Below, piece by piece: positions 24,381 to 24,615 of a DNA stretch of 24,615 nucleotides. How positions within the stretch are numbered: the stretch's first letter is position 1; every line of letters begins with the position of its first letter. The stretch is taken from the IMG/VR virus record IMGVR_UViG_3300030433_002199, positions 1-24,615 of that record. One strand, 5' to 3'. The notes beneath the pieces were generated by a model, which saw only the letters and a program-made list of their open reading frames with translations, was not told the origin of the DNA and did no database searches. Origin of the DNA: a virus (lineage: Duplodnaviria; Caudoviricetes). The position numbers were made by a program, and so were the translations under genes.

Positions 24381-24614
24381 CTAGTCGAAAAGCTTGTTAA
24401 GCAAGAAAAATGCGCCAAGGCCGATAGCCAGAGGAGCGGCCATTGCCATGAGACCTGCTGTGGATCCTGCCGCCCCTGCCGCCGTACCTGCGGCGGCTGT
24501 GCTTGCGGCTCCTGCCGTGGTCGCGCCAACCCCTGCACCTGCGGCACCAGCACCTGCGGCTCCTGCGCCTGCCGCTCCTGCACCTGCGGCACCAGCACCA
24601 GCACCTGCGGCACC
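24381..24614 (-). CDS. 3' end of a Gly/Ala-repeat ejection/pilot-like protein (partial)
   Basis: (GAGAA)n...GLMAMAAPLAIGLGAFFLLNKLFD*. This is the correct frame and differs from the track ORF 24347..24613. Confidence 0.8.
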   Translation of the reverse strand, partial: GAAGAGAGAAGAGAAGAGAAGAGAAGAGVGATTAGAASTAAAGTAAGAAGSTAGLMAMAAPLAIGLGAFFLLNKLFD

Positions 24615-24615
24615 A

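Larger units (their letters stand above)
1..24615. mobile_element. Temperate phage genome segment (podovirus-like, attP form)
   Basis: Dense phage-type genes throughout (integrase, repressor, annealase/exonuclease/SSB, initiator/helicase, ejection proteins). Phage genes lie on both sides of the tRNA fragment and no host housekeeping genes are seen. Confidence 0.95.

Noticed and set aside
24347-24613. Track ORF MPQVLVLVPQVQ...
   Set aside because: Frame shadow of the Gly/Ala repeat gene, whose stop at 24381-24383 sits properly before the next RBS.
1-24615. CRISPR array, reverse transcriptase/DGR or IS element
   Set aside because: No regularly spaced repeat-spacer units, no RT motif-bearing ORF and no transposase seen.

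Overview
The window is a continuous segment of a temperate, podovirus-like dsDNA phage in its free (attP) configuration, probably infecting a Gammaproteobacterium (inferred from the tRNA-Met fragment). From left to right: (1) a few small rightward genes; (2) a leftward replication/nuclease operon (primase-type Zn-binding domain, O-like initiator with internal iterons, SF4 helicase, RHH regulator, Ref-like HNH, PD-(D/E)XK nuclease, DUF3310, Holliday junction resolvase); (3) a divergent switch region and HTH repressor; (4) a rightward recombination operon (Sak3/DUF1071 annealase, YqaJ exonuclease, SSB, a structured RNA, a duplicated CsrA-like protein, tyrosine integrase) ending at a 5'-half tRNA-Met attP; (5) small accessory genes around a repeat-rich non-coding island; (6) the leftward end of the virion module (Gly/Ala ejection protein, 505-aa ejection protein, 2956-aa large polyvalent protein with two HExxH domains, a membrane protein and four tiny Lys-rich proteins). 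The most striking candidate novelty is a small gene with its own RBS overprinted in the +1 frame inside the polyvalent protein, directly after a metallopeptidase domain. It may be a nested immunity/inhibitor gene. All family assignments come from motif recognition by eye; no searches were run.
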